A stretch of DNA of 38,300 nt from a virus: the UHGV virus genome UHGV-0186551; one strand, written 5' to 3'. Within the stretch, counting starts at the first letter, position 1; every line of letters begins with the position of its first letter. Positions 1 to 9,651 of the stretch are shown here, piece by piece. The notes below the pieces were generated by a model. The model saw only the letters and a list, made by a program, of their open reading frames with translations, was not told the DNA's origin and ran no database searches. The translations under genes were made by a program, and so were the position numbers.

Positions 1-14
1 TAGTATAAAAAAGC
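1..14. repeat. att core (attR copy), tagtataaaaaagc; window begins inside the core
   Basis: Identical to 37207..37220; is the reverse complement of the lambda core GCTTTTTTATACTAA (first base presumably just left of position 1). Confidence 0.85.
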
Positions 15-160
15 TGAACGTGAAACACTAAAAACCATTAATATCAATGCATTACAATAAATTTAGCTTAAAAAATAGACTATATAATACTGCAAAACGC
101 AACATATGCAGTCACTATGAATCAACTACTTAGATAGTATTAGTGACCTGTAACAGAGCA
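15..160. other. attR P-arm (Int arm-site/IHF/Xis binding region, phage side of attR)
   Basis: Sequence following the core recalls the lambda attP P-arm in reverse complement (recollection, not aligned); individual protein sites not mapped. Confidence 0.55.
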
Positions 161-201
161 TTAGCGCAAGGTGATTTTTGTCTTCTTGCGCTAATTTTTT
201 G
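161..201 (+). terminator. sib/tI-like hairpin with T-run (int retroregulation element in the free phage)
   Basis: ttagcgcaag ... cttgcgctaa inverted repeat followed by tttttt. Confidence 0.5.
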
Positions 202-290
202 TCAACATACTGGGTTATCTGAATTTACAGCCATGCTCAGTATCTCGATAAGCGCAGAGAAATGATGCAGTGGTGGGCGGACTGGCTTGA

Positions 291-314
291 TGAAAAGGTG
301 GAGTGAACCACCTT
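291..314 (-). terminator. Possible terminator hairpin downstream of the 218-aa gene
   Basis: aaggtgg/ccacctt stem with adjacent A-run on + (U-run on - transcript). Confidence 0.3.
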
Positions 315-422
315 AACCACTATCGAAGAGCACAAAACCTTGCAATCAAGTGCAAAGCTTTGTGTGTTATTTTTTATGGCTATATAAATTATATACTGCC
401 AGTGCTATCTAACATTTAAATA

Positions 423-1079
423 TTATGAACTATAATAAGTCCTAATCTTTACAGATGAAAGCATAATCTTCCAAGCTTGATCGCTACCCAACCACTCATC
501 GTTGGTTGGTTCATTATCACCAGATACTACATAAGTATCTGGCATATCAAAGTCTATATTGCAAAGGTCTTCTCCTTTGCGCTCCTTAAAAATAAGAAGA
601 TCTATTTTTGTTGTTGGGAATTTTTTATCCAAAACACTTCTCAGTTTATACACAGCATCTCGTTCTGCATTCAATCTAACGAGTAAAACACGTTCCGACT
701 CATTGATTTTCTCTATAAATCTTTTTCTTCTCGCCTTTATTTTTTTCATCATATTAAACAAGCAGACTTCAATACCTTGTTTTTCATAGTCATCAATAAG
801 AATATCGTGAATACTTCGAAATCCAGTCGCTGTATCTGTGATATCAATACAATTTTTAAATCTGCCATTAATTTTTATATTTTCAGGCAAGAAAAGGTGG
901 TCGCACCCCTTATTAATTATTTTTGTAACTTGAGGTAGTTTTTGAGAGGCAAACCAATCAAATGGTCCACTAAATGTCCTCAACCCAAATCGCTTTAACC
1001 TTCCTGCTGGTTGACATTTTTTACCAAGGCTTGCTATAAAATCATACTCTCCACAAGGAAGAAAAAGGCCTTTATTCAT
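423..1079 (-). CDS. Hypothetical protein, 218 aa; N-terminal motif SLGxxC...PFDW reminiscent of DUF1796 (putative papain-like fold); AT-rich accessory gene
   Basis: ORF track 423..1115; start moved to ATG at 1079 (MNKGLF...) which has an AGGAAA ribosome-binding site; AT-rich composition unlike the rest of the prophage. Confidence 0.7.
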   Translation of the reverse strand: MNKGLFLPCGEYDFIASLGKKCQPAGRLKRFGLRTFSGPFDWFASQKLPQVTKIINKGCDHLFLPENIKINGRFKNCIDITDTATGFRSIHDILIDDYEKQGIEVCLFNMMKKIKARRKRFIEKINESERVLLVRLNAERDAVYKLRSVLDKKFPTTKIDLLIFKERKGEDLCNIDFDMPDTYVVSGDNEPTNDEWLGSDQAWKIMLSSVKIRTYYSS

Positions 1080-1196
1080 ATGATTTTCCTTACATTTTAT
1101 GACGACAAAAATCATAACATTGCCTTATTAATCAGTCAAACAGTTAACAAATGCAAACAAACAAGTAAGCACATTGTTGATAATTTGTTTATTTTT

Positions 1197-1811
1197 ATGT
1201 TTTTGTTATCTATACCATTTTTTTCATTTGCTTCTGATACAAACAAAACGCCACCATATCGCATGAGGGAGTCGATGTTTGAGTTATTAAAGGAGCAAAG
1301 GGATATTGTTATGCTTGGCGATAGCATAACCGCGCGAGGAGAGTGGAATGAGCTTCTTCCTAGTTTATCTGTAGCAAATAGGGGCATTGGGGGAGATGAA
1401 GTTAAATTTATGAAAAGAAGGATTGATTCTATATTTTTATTAAAGCCCAAATATGTATTCATTATGGGCGGAACAAATGATTTCAGAAGAAAAAGAAGTG
1501 TTGATGATGTGGTTCGTGACTATAAGCATATAATAAAAAAACTACACAAACACAGAATTAATGTATTCATTCAGTCCACCCTTTACGTGTCAAGAGAAAG
1601 CAGGTTAAATGACAACATAAAAATATTAAAATTAAACAATGCAATAAATAACTATTGCTCTGTATCTAATTATTGTCGTTTCGTAGATCTTAACGTGCAC
1701 ATGGCAAAAGATAGAAAAATACTAGCTAAGTATAGCGATGATGGAGTCCATCTAAATGGTAATGGGTATTTAATGTGGGCGTCAATCATATACCCTTTAA
1801 TTAAAAAATAA
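1197..1811 (+). CDS. SGNH/GDSL-family hydrolase (esterase/lipase-like) with hydrophobic N-terminus, probably exported or membrane-anchored
   Basis: Motifs GDSIT, GIGGD, GGTNDF, DGVHLN in SGNH block order; N-terminal MFLLSIPFFSFA; start uncertain (ATG 1080, TTG 1185 or ATG 1197; track start 1011). Confidence 0.75.
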   Translation: MFLLSIPFFSFASDTNKTPPYRMRESMFELLKEQRDIVMLGDSITARGEWNELLPSLSVANRGIGGDEVKFMKRRIDSIFLLKPKYVFIMGGTNDFRRKRSVDDVVRDYKHIIKKLHKHRINVFIQSTLYVSRESRLNDNIKILKLNNAINNYCSVSNYCRFVDLNVHMAKDRKILAKYSDDGVHLNGNGYLMWASIIYPLIKK

Positions 1812-1817
1812 GAATAG

Positions 1818-1849
1818 TAAAAAACCATCTCATTATGAGGTGGTTTTTT
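1818..1849. terminator. Bidirectional rho-independent terminator between convergent hydrolase and tailspike genes
   Basis: Hairpin aaaaaccatctca / tgaggtggttttttt with A-run before and T-run after. Confidence 0.6.
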
Positions 1850-1930
1850 ATATAGAATAAAGCAATAGAGGTTTATTTTATTTGTTTATCATGGCTTAAT
1901 GCACTAGCACTTTAATTGAAAAAACTATAT

Positions 1931-4330
1931 TTATTTTAGTATCCATCCGGTATTTCCTGTTCCTGTTTTTTTTTGATACCAATCACCATTATAATCAATG
2001 TACATTGACCCCTTAGGTGCGGTCACAACACCCTCAGGTGAACCGGAGCCTCTATAAATTCCAAAGAGAGTTGTACCTCTTACTTTCTCGTATGCAAACA
2101 ACAAACCATCTGAAGCCCTTCTGATACGCAACGGTTCGTGCTCTGAGTCCGATGCAAATGTAGTGGTGCCGTTTGAATCTGTTTCCCTGGAAAAACTTCC
2201 ATCTGTTCTTGTTCCTTCAATGATCGAATTTGGGTAGTTTGGATCATCAGATGAATGTAACCTAATATAGGAACTATTTGATGCTGATACCCCCCTACCC
2301 CTTAAAATCAATCCCTTAAATGATGACGTAAATAGTGCCTGGATTGAGCCATAAACAGTGTTATCACTACCGTTTTGCTGATCGTATATTCTTAGTCTTG
2401 AGCTATTATCATACATAATAGCGTTGAAGTACTCACCAAGACGTTCGCTAAATGCAACAATATTAAAAGCATTGCGCCATCTAAATGATATATTTCGCCC
2501 GCTTTCTCCGGCATCTACACCTGCATTACTTGAAGCATTGGTTATGCCAGAATTAAGGTTCTGCTCATCGTTGTTACCAGTCGCTGGTCGTATAGAGTAA
2601 ATTGTCTTTTTCTCAAGAGAATAGCTACTTCCCCATCCATAATCTGTATCAGGACTCCAGTCTCCAGAATTTGCATCCTTGGTTGTTTCCACCCAATAAG
2701 AGCCATTTGATGGAGGAACACCAATTATTCCAGAAGTCTCAATAGATGATGCAGCCCATCTTCTTCCACGCCAGTTTACAATATTAGCTCCTGCCCTCCA
2801 TGTTTCTATGCAGCTTATAATTATTTCTTCGCCACGAATAGTTAAACCTTCCGGCTCGAATCTGGCTGGATTCCCAAGAGTTGGATGGTTAAGCAACCCA
2901 TCGCGCCCATATTGCGACCTTGCATCATCGATATCTAATTTTCTTAGTAAATTACCTGTTAAATCATATGTAAAGATATGATGCTTTCCAAAAGCATTAG
3001 TGCCTCCCTTAAGTATATGTATATATCTTCCATCAGACGCAATACCTTGTACAGAGTAAGCGCCTTCAGAAGGTGAGTCGCTCATTTCCCAAACAAACAT
3101 GGGGTTTGCTAATGTTTTATCTTCAAGTTTATCAATTGATATTTTATCGTATATAAATACAGTTCGTTTAGCGGCATCACTCTTTGGTGTATTAACCATT
3201 ATTAAAAGACGACCGTCAGAAGAAATGGCAATTCCTGCACGATTGTAATCTTGAAATGGGTGACCGCTACCAGTAATCCCCCATACATTATAACTTTTTA
3301 CGTCAGACTGAGTTGTTCCTGCCCCTCGCCAAGTTATTTTACTAAACCCTTTGCCTGCAGACTCCCCATCTTCACCTGAATTGGTTACACTTGATGTATA
3401 TAAATATACTTGACCATTCTCCACCATGGCAGAAAGATCAAATCCGTGCCCAAGGTTTAATTCTGGAGAATACGCAACATGGTTTACTACCCTTCCATCA
3501 TCATAAAGATTAAACTCAACAATACGAACTCTTTCTTTATCCGACCAGGTTGGCCCAACAGGCCGTTGTGTGACAAATAGTTTTTCAATGCCATTAACAC
3601 GGCAATATGCGATCCCCTGTAACGCATTTCTGGCATTAGGATAAATTTCTGTGTTTGTTTCTCCCTGAAAACCAAAAAAAGGTTCCATCATTTTTCTCTG
3701 CGCAAGTTTGTCAGTTTCAAGTAGACGAGAAACGGAAATAAGAGAGCCATTATCTGCAACAATCCTCCCAATACCTCGAGCAGAAGATACATCAACTTCG
3801 AGAGTATTTACTGCAAAATCGCCATCAGGAACAAACATTCTATAGCCTGCGTTAGAGAATGCCTCAGTAGCGTCAGTTATTCCATCACTGATAGCCCCCC
3901 AACCGCGAACATCTTTGTCATCACGCCATCGTGCAATCTGCAATTCGGGATATTTTTTAGCACCATCCGGGTCTTCTAACTGCTGCCGTAGCTGATCCGG
4001 GTCATACTTCAGCACATTAGGGAAATAGAACTGCTGAGTGCCATATGCATCATATACAGCCATAGAATGGCCTTGAACAGTTACGAATTTGGCAATCTGC
4101 CCGTTATATACCGGATATCCAGCAGCGTTAATGATGATTGGCTGCGAAACAGGAACATGAGAGCCGTCTTCGTTCTCTACATAAACCTGAATCTGGTTTT
4201 CTGGACTTACCGGGTCAGTGTCAATTTTTCCGATATAAATTTTGCCGTTGGCTACTGCTTTAAAAGAACGCGCCATAGTGAAGAGTTGCGAAGGCATACT
4301 CACTACAACATTGGCTGTAATGTCTGTCAT
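1931..4330 (-). CDS. Tailspike, 799 aa: P22-type N-terminal head-binding domain joined to a divergent receptor-binding domain
   Basis: First ~115 aa ([11 protein letters not shown]...[11 protein letters not shown]...LKYDPDQ) match P22 tailspike N-terminus from memory; remainder unrecognised. Confidence 0.9.
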   Translation of the reverse strand: MTDITANVVVSMPSQLFTMARSFKAVANGKIYIGKIDTDPVSPENQIQVYVENEDGSHVPVSQPIIINAAGYPVYNGQIAKFVTVQGHSMAVYDAYGTQQFYFPNVLKYDPDQLRQQLEDPDGAKKYPELQIARWRDDKDVRGWGAISDGITDATEAFSNAGYRMFVPDGDFAVNTLEVDVSSARGIGRIVADNGSLISVSRLLETDKLAQRKMMEPFFGFQGETNTEIYPNARNALQGIAYCRVNGIEKLFVTQRPVGPTWSDKERVRIVEFNLYDDGRVVNHVAYSPELNLGHGFDLSAMVENGQVYLYTSSVTNSGEDGESAGKGFSKITWRGAGTTQSDVKSYNVWGITGSGHPFQDYNRAGIAISSDGRLLIMVNTPKSDAAKRTVFIYDKISIDKLEDKTLANPMFVWEMSDSPSEGAYSVQGIASDGRYIHILKGGTNAFGKHHIFTYDLTGNLLRKLDIDDARSQYGRDGLLNHPTLGNPARFEPEGLTIRGEEIIISCIETWRAGANIVNWRGRRWAASSIETSGIIGVPPSNGSYWVETTKDANSGDWSPDTDYGWGSSYSLEKKTIYSIRPATGNNDEQNLNSGITNASSNAGVDAGESGRNISFRWRNAFNIVAFSERLGEYFNAIMYDNSSRLRIYDQQNGSDNTVYGSIQALFTSSFKGLILRGRGVSASNSSYIRLHSSDDPNYPNSIIEGTRTDGSFSRETDSNGTTTFASDSEHEPLRIRRASDGLLFAYEKVRGTTLFGIYRGSGSPEGVVTAPKGSMYIDYNGDWYQKKTGTGNTGWILK

Positions 4331-4494
4331 TTAATTTTCTCCAGACGTAGCAATGCGGAACAAGATGCAACTTGCCCGGCATTGCATTAATGTAAGTTAT
4401 GATTTGTTAACTATGAGATGAGTCTATGCAAAAAGATCTGTTGAATATTGCGTTCTATATATTTGGTTTTTGCACATTTCTGGTGTTTGCAAAG

Positions 4495-6492
4495 CTATTC
4501 TGACAACGAATCAGACTTAGCCCCCTGCGTCAGAGCGTTAATTGCCTTTTGTGCCTGCTGCATTGCTTTCTCAAAGGCTGTTGATCCGCGTGGGGTGTTT
4601 GCCATTCTGAGCATTGCATTTCTGAATGGTTCGCTCTCATAGGCGCGAGTAAGAAGTCCGTAGCTTACTGCTGCGCCAGTTGTCGCCGGGTTCATTGCCG
4701 TCCCATACCCGATAATGAACGGGATGGTTTGCTGCCCTGTGGGTGTTGTTACTGCCGCTTTTGCTGCCTGCTGAGTGGACTGAAGGTAATTTTTCAATCC
4801 TTTCAGATAAGCAGCATCCTGCCCCTTAAATGTGATGCCAGTCTGGTTTTGCAGGATGTTAAGCTGCCGAAGGAACTGGTCAGGGGATCCGCCAGATTTC
4901 TCCATCGCCTTTCCAATGATGCCATTGCGCATTTGCGCCCTGCCAACACGACCAACTGAGTTATACAGCGTCTTAATTTCCGATTTGTTCTTGCTGAATA
5001 GCATGTTGTTGACAATTTCCGGTGTCAGGTCGCCTTTCATGAGAACATTCTTCAGCCTGGTATTCTTTAGTTTCGCCGCTTCGTCAGCGTAGACGGCATT
5101 GGCCTGCTGATATTTACGGAGAGTATCGTTGCCAAGATTATGACCAATGGCACCATTGATATCGTCGGTCATCGCCTTGTAAACGCGCTGAATGGCAGCA
5201 TCGGAACGGTTTGGTAACACTGGTCGCTCACCCTTCACGTCCATTCTGAACTGACTGCGCAGGTCGCTTAATTGCTTCAAATCCAGATTTACCGGACCAT
5301 CAGGGCCAGCATTGCGAACAAGCTCATCACGATATGACTGAAGTTTTGAAATTGTCTCGTTATCAGCCACCTTACCAAGCTTCTTCAGATTAGATATCTC
5401 AGTATCAATCTGCTGAATTGCTCGCGCAGGCTGGATATTGACTCCCGCCATTGCATTCTGAACCTGCTCAAGACGGTTCCCTGCAGCACGACGAATTCCT
5501 GATGTTTTCGCTTTAAGGCTGTCAATAACAACAGCTGGATCATACTCACCGAATTTATCAGCAAATCTCTGCACCAACTGGCTTCTCGCTTCCTGTTGCG
5601 TTGCTCTCATTCCGCTTGTGCCAGCCAGGGGGATATTTTCTGCTGTCGTTTGCGCCATTTTTCCGACGCGGGAAGTAGGCTGTAACAGGTCTGTGGTGTG
5701 CAGAGGCACTCCTTCACGCTCTGCAAATCTGATAGCTTGCTGCGCTTCTGGCGCAATAGCACCACGAACTCCACGATAAGCAGCACCTAATCCACGTCCG
5801 GCAGCGTTAATAGCACCGCCAGCCAGCACACCAACGCCCAAATCGGTGGCGAGTGCTTCCGCATCATCTTTCGCACTATTTGCAGCAAGTGATCCAACTG
5901 CGTTTTCTGCTAGAAGGCGAGTTGCCCCATGAGCAATTCGACCAGCAAGTGTTGGTGCCTGTGCTGCCGCTCTCTCAACGCCAGCAGGAGTGAGGTAAGG
6001 CAATGCTTCAGCAAATACCCTTCCCTCTGTCGTTTGTGGAGTCAGCGCGCCTTGCTGAAGGCCAAAGTCCTGCTCTAATCCCTGCGTTGTTACACGTGGC
6101 GCTGGTTGATATGTACCATCGCCAATGCCGAGTTTACCGCCAGCCCAAGCCGCCGCGCTTGTTACAGCATCGGCAACTGATGCAGGTATGTTTGCCACGT
6201 TCACGCCAGCCTGCACCAGTCCGCGACCAGTCTCTTTTACTGCTTCGCCAAGATCAGACATAAATCCACTTTGCTGTGGTTGTTGCTGTGCTACTGGTTG
6301 CTGTGTCTCCACTTGCTGCACATATGGCAATGGATAGGAAGCATAGAAAGCTTGCTTAGCCTGCTCTGCATTTTCTCCGGCTTGCGGGGCAACGACTTCA
6401 TTGAAGTATTGCTCCTGAGCCTGCGCTTTTTGTTCTGGTGCTAACGCCTGATACTGTGGAGAGGCGATAACATCTTTCCATGCTTTAGCCAT
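4495..6492 (-). CDS. Ejection/internal virion protein, P22 gp16-like
   Basis: 665-aa ORF in the gp16 position after gp20; Q/A-rich. Confidence 0.8.
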   Translation of the reverse strand: MAKAWKDVIASPQYQALAPEQKAQAQEQYFNEVVAPQAGENAEQAKQAFYASYPLPYVQQVETQQPVAQQQPQQSGFMSDLGEAVKETGRGLVQAGVNVANIPASVADAVTSAAAWAGGKLGIGDGTYQPAPRVTTQGLEQDFGLQQGALTPQTTEGRVFAEALPYLTPAGVERAAAQAPTLAGRIAHGATRLLAENAVGSLAANSAKDDAEALATDLGVGVLAGGAINAAGRGLGAAYRGVRGAIAPEAQQAIRFAEREGVPLHTTDLLQPTSRVGKMAQTTAENIPLAGTSGMRATQQEARSQLVQRFADKFGEYDPAVVIDSLKAKTSGIRRAAGNRLEQVQNAMAGVNIQPARAIQQIDTEISNLKKLGKVADNETISKLQSYRDELVRNAGPDGPVNLDLKQLSDLRSQFRMDVKGERPVLPNRSDAAIQRVYKAMTDDINGAIGHNLGNDTLRKYQQANAVYADEAAKLKNTRLKNVLMKGDLTPEIVNNMLFSKNKSEIKTLYNSVGRVGRAQMRNGIIGKAMEKSGGSPDQFLRQLNILQNQTGITFKGQDAAYLKGLKNYLQSTQQAAKAAVTTPTGQQTIPFIIGYGTAMNPATTGAAVSYGLLTRAYESEPFRNAMLRMANTPRGSTAFEKAMQQAQKAINALTQGAKSDSLSE

Positions 6493-7787
6493 TAATCACC
6501 CCATAGTGAAGAAAAGTTACTGCCAGCAGGAGATTGTTGTCCTGGCGTATTCTGTACTGGCTCCTGATAATCAAACTGTTTTTTAACAGTGCTCAACTTG
6601 CTTTCAAGCTGATTTCTAATCTTTCCGATAGAGTCACGAAAAGCCTTTTCACTCATTTTGGGGCTTAGGGCACCAACCGCATCGGATAATTTTTTACCCT
6701 CAGCATCTGAAAGAGCGCCCATACCCTTCAGGGACTGCACCATAGGGAGGAAAGTTTGAGCTTTAAAGGTGTCGAGTCTTGCTTCAAAGTTAGCCGCATC
6801 AGATCCAGGAACTGTCGGAAACGCTGAGCGAATGCCTACTGCTTTTGAAAGGCCGGGGCTTTGCTCTATCTCGTTGAGAGAATCAAGCGCAGTGCTGAAC
6901 GTATCAACAGCGCCCTGAGCGGCGGCCTGTCTGTCAGCACGAGCTATTTCAGCCTTTTGCCGAACATCTGCCTGTTTCTGCTTTAGCTCTTCAAGCTTTA
7001 ACTGATTGTTTTCTCTGGCTATCTGTCTGTCCAGAGCCTTTTCTTGTAATTCTGCTCTTTGTATTTCGCGGGAAAGAGCAGCATTCTGTGCGCTGATGTT
7101 CTGACCACGTATCTGGATATCCTGACCTCGCGCTGTTAGTGCCTCGCCAGCCTGATTGCTGCGGATTGTCTCTGCCAGCCTGCCTCGGTCAATCTCACGA
7201 CCAGCCATCTTGTCCTGAACATTGAAGTAATCAATCGGACCAAGCGCGGCCATTCCAAGGTGATCAACAAACTCACCAAATCCTGATGGATTCTGCTGAT
7301 ACATCTGAGCAACGTTATTAGGATCAACACCGACGCGCGCCAGTTCCTTGGCGTTATTTTGCAGCCATGATTGCATTGCTTCTGGAGACGATGCCGCAAG
7401 GCGAGCGCCAGCAGCTAATGTGCCGATAGAATTGCGCTGGTCTTCATCAATGAATCCCATGCCTTTACGAACAGATTCAATCTGGTCTGGATATTGAGTA
7501 GCCAACTGACGCAAAGCACCGCGATCACCAGACGCATAAGCATTAGCGTATGCCTGCTGAAATTCTTTCTGCCGCTGAGCCTGCTTTTCCTGCTGAAACA
7601 CCCCCGCAATACCTGAAAGGCCTTGCAAAGCAGTCAGCCCAACATTGTTAGCGCCTGAACGCTCAATATCATTGTTCTGCCTGATAAGCTGAAGCGTATT
7701 GCCGATGTCATTTACGCTCGGAGCGTTTGAGTTGACGCCGCCGATACCAGCCAACAATCCGCCATTTGATCCTTGCCAAGTAGCCAT
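6492..7787 (-). CDS. Ejection protein, P22 gp20-like
   Basis: 431-aa ORF, position and composition; start overlaps gp16-like stop. Confidence 0.8.
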   Translation of the reverse strand: MATWQGSNGGLLAGIGGVNSNAPSVNDIGNTLQLIRQNNDIERSGANNVGLTALQGLSGIAGVFQQEKQAQRQKEFQQAYANAYASGDRGALRQLATQYPDQIESVRKGMGFIDEDQRNSIGTLAAGARLAASSPEAMQSWLQNNAKELARVGVDPNNVAQMYQQNPSGFGEFVDHLGMAALGPIDYFNVQDKMAGREIDRGRLAETIRSNQAGEALTARGQDIQIRGQNISAQNAALSREIQRAELQEKALDRQIARENNQLKLEELKQKQADVRQKAEIARADRQAAAQGAVDTFSTALDSLNEIEQSPGLSKAVGIRSAFPTVPGSDAANFEARLDTFKAQTFLPMVQSLKGMGALSDAEGKKLSDAVGALSPKMSEKAFRDSIGKIRNQLESKLSTVKKQFDYQEPVQNTPGQQSPAGSNFSSLWGD

Positions 7788-7796
7788 GATTACCCC

Positions 7797-8492
7797 TTAA
7801 AACAACGAGCCAAGCAGGCCAAGTCCGCCGCCAATTGCCGCACCTAATCCAGTGCCAAGTCCGGGAACAATAGAGCCAAGAGCAGCGCCAGTCATAGCCC
7901 CTGAAGCTCCGCCGCTAATTGCTGTCTGAAGGCCTGATGGTTTATTGGCGTTAGCAGCGGCAAGTGCTGCGCTTTGCTGCGCAATGCTGCTCATGTTGTT
8001 GGCGTATGTCTGCCCGGCGTTCGCCTGACCTTGCAGCGCACCAAGGCCAATGTTTGCCAGATTGTTGTAGTTGCTCATCTGGTTCGACAACCACGACTGA
8101 CCGAGAGTCGGGGCAATCGTGGCCAGTTGATTGCTTGTGGCTGTCGAGCCAAGTCCCCCCGTCGCCTCCGCAGCAGCAAGACTCTGGTAACGAGCCTGGC
8201 CTGCAAGGTCTTTATACTGCTGAGAGTTATAATACTGATTAAGTGCCTGCCCTTGGCCTTCTAAACTGGAAAGATTCTGAAGCTGGTTAACATACTGCTC
8301 CGCAAGCGGCGTGAACGGAGCAAGGTTTTTCATGATCGTCTGCCACTGCTGATTTTGCAGGTCTGCGGCATACTTCTGAGCTTCTGCTGCATACTTTGCG
8401 CTTTTATCAGAACTGCCACCTTTCCCGCCTTTTTCAGGGCAATAAGGTTCCTCGCCGCGCAGTTTTCTGCCCAGCTTAAATGCATATAACAT
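7797..8492 (-). CDS. Ejection protein, P22 gp7-like (Gly/Ala/Gln-rich)
   Basis: 231 aa, low-complexity G/A-rich C-terminus, position. Confidence 0.8.
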   Translation of the reverse strand: MLYAFKLGRKLRGEEPYCPEKGGKGGSSDKSAKYAAEAQKYAADLQNQQWQTIMKNLAPFTPLAEQYVNQLQNLSSLEGQGQALNQYYNSQQYKDLAGQARYQSLAAAEATGGLGSTATSNQLATIAPTLGQSWLSNQMSNYNNLANIGLGALQGQANAGQTYANNMSSIAQQSAALAAANANKPSGLQTAISGGASGAMTGAALGSIVPGLGTGLGAAIGGGLGLLGSLF

Positions 8493-8494
8493 GG

Positions 8495-8950
8495 CTATCT
8501 CCCGTGATTCAGGAAGTCGATTAGTTCTTCGCGTGTGACGCTGTAAAACGTCACGTCATCAACGCCTTTGAAGTATTTCTTGATGGTTCCTACACGCTTA
8601 AGGCCAATCATTGCGCAGTACATCTGACCGTGGCGGAATTTGCGTGCAGCGAACGATGTGACGCACTGAACAGTGGTGTTAGTCAGAATGTATCGCCAGA
8701 ACGCCAGCCCGATTTCCTTGCTGAAGCCACGAACCTCTGGCAGGTACATGGCGTGGCAATCGAATGTCAGCGGCTGAATCTCCTGATAGTAAACAATGCC
8801 GCCAAACTGACCGTGCACGTTAACCTCAAAGTAACGGCATTCAGGCTTGTAGTCGTATCCATCACCGTTGTTGCTCCCGGCGATAATGTCGGGGTGATTT
8901 CCGACTGCTTCGATCAGGTCGATGTTTCGCGTTGGTTTGAATGTAATCAT
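8495..8950 (-). CDS. P22 gp14-like virion assembly/ejection accessory protein
   Basis: 151-aa ORF between needle and gp7 genes; assignment by position. Confidence 0.6.
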   Translation of the reverse strand: MITFKPTRNIDLIEAVGNHPDIIAGSNNGDGYDYKPECRYFEVNVHGQFGGIVYYQEIQPLTFDCHAMYLPEVRGFSKEIGLAFWRYILTNTTVQCVTSFAARKFRHGQMYCAMIGLKRVGTIKKYFKGVDDVTFYSVTREELIDFLNHGR

Positions 8951-9651
8951 CAGTCAATCAGCCCATGTAATCTAAGTGCTGTTTCAAGCGCCAGAATACG
9001 CTGCCGCGCCTGCTGCAAACCTGTAGCGAGAGCTGCGACTTCGGATTGCGTGTACGTAGTGCCGACAGTGTATGACTGGTTAGCGTTGAATGAGCCAAGA
9101 AGTGGCGTACCTGTGGCTGCAGTCCATCCGGTATTTCTTGCTCCAACAACCTGAATTCCATCAACTGAATATGATGTTTTTACATCCAGCGGTGACGCAA
9201 GAGACTGCGATTCGGTTACGGTTTTCGATACGTAATCACTCTTAATGTCAGATACATCGCTTTCTACGCCATCCAGTCTTTGGTCAACAGTGACCAGATG
9301 CGCCTGAATATCGATAACCTCATCCAGCAAGTAATCAACATCGCTACGCAGTACGACTATCTTCCCTTCGGCAGTTGTTAACCTGACCTCAAGGAGATTT
9401 ATCGCTTTTGTGTTTGCGGTGATTCTTGCATCGTGATCTGCCAGTTCGACGTCCTGTTCATCGTTTTTCACTTGAGCATCATAAGCGCCCTGACCAGCCT
9501 GATTTGCCTTCCCAGCAATCGCACCGACATCAGCACCCTGATTTATGACATACAGCAGGTAAGACTGGCTGAATATATTGCGTGGCAAAATTGAAGCATC
9601 AAGGCGCGTAGCCTGAACCACGACAGGATCATTCAGTGATGAATCAACCAT
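8950..9651 (-). CDS. Tail needle, P22 gp26-like
   Basis: 233 aa; N-terminus ...[15 protein letters not shown]...YLLYVI... and C-terminus ...ALRLHGLID recalled from P22 gp26. Confidence 0.85.
   Translation of the reverse strand: MVDSSLNDPVVVQATRLDASILPRNIFSQSYLLYVINQGADVGAIAGKANQAGQGAYDAQVKNDEQDVELADHDARITANTKAINLLEVRLTTAEGKIVVLRSDVDYLLDEVIDIQAHLVTVDQRLDGVESDVSDIKSDYVSKTVTESQSLASPLDVKTSYSVDGIQVVGARNTGWTAATGTPLLGSFNANQSYTVGTTYTQSEVAALATGLQQARQRILALETALRLHGLID

Noticed and set aside
1011-1196. Upstream extension of the hydrolase ORF to the track start at 1011
   Set aside because: Would overlap the divergent 218-aa gene and its ribosome-binding site; a later start (1080, 1185 or 1197) is more plausible, though the exact start is unresolved
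4067-4390. 107-aa + strand ORF
   Set aside because: Antisense to the tailspike 5' end and the upstream gap; no ribosome-binding site
7797-8492. Low-complexity Gly/Ala-rich stretch considered as a DNA repeat
   Set aside because: It is the coding sequence of the gp7-like ejection protein, not a repeat element
8630-9154. 174-aa + strand ORF
   Set aside because: Lies entirely antisense to the gp14-like and tail-needle genes; shadow ORF in a GC-rich coding region
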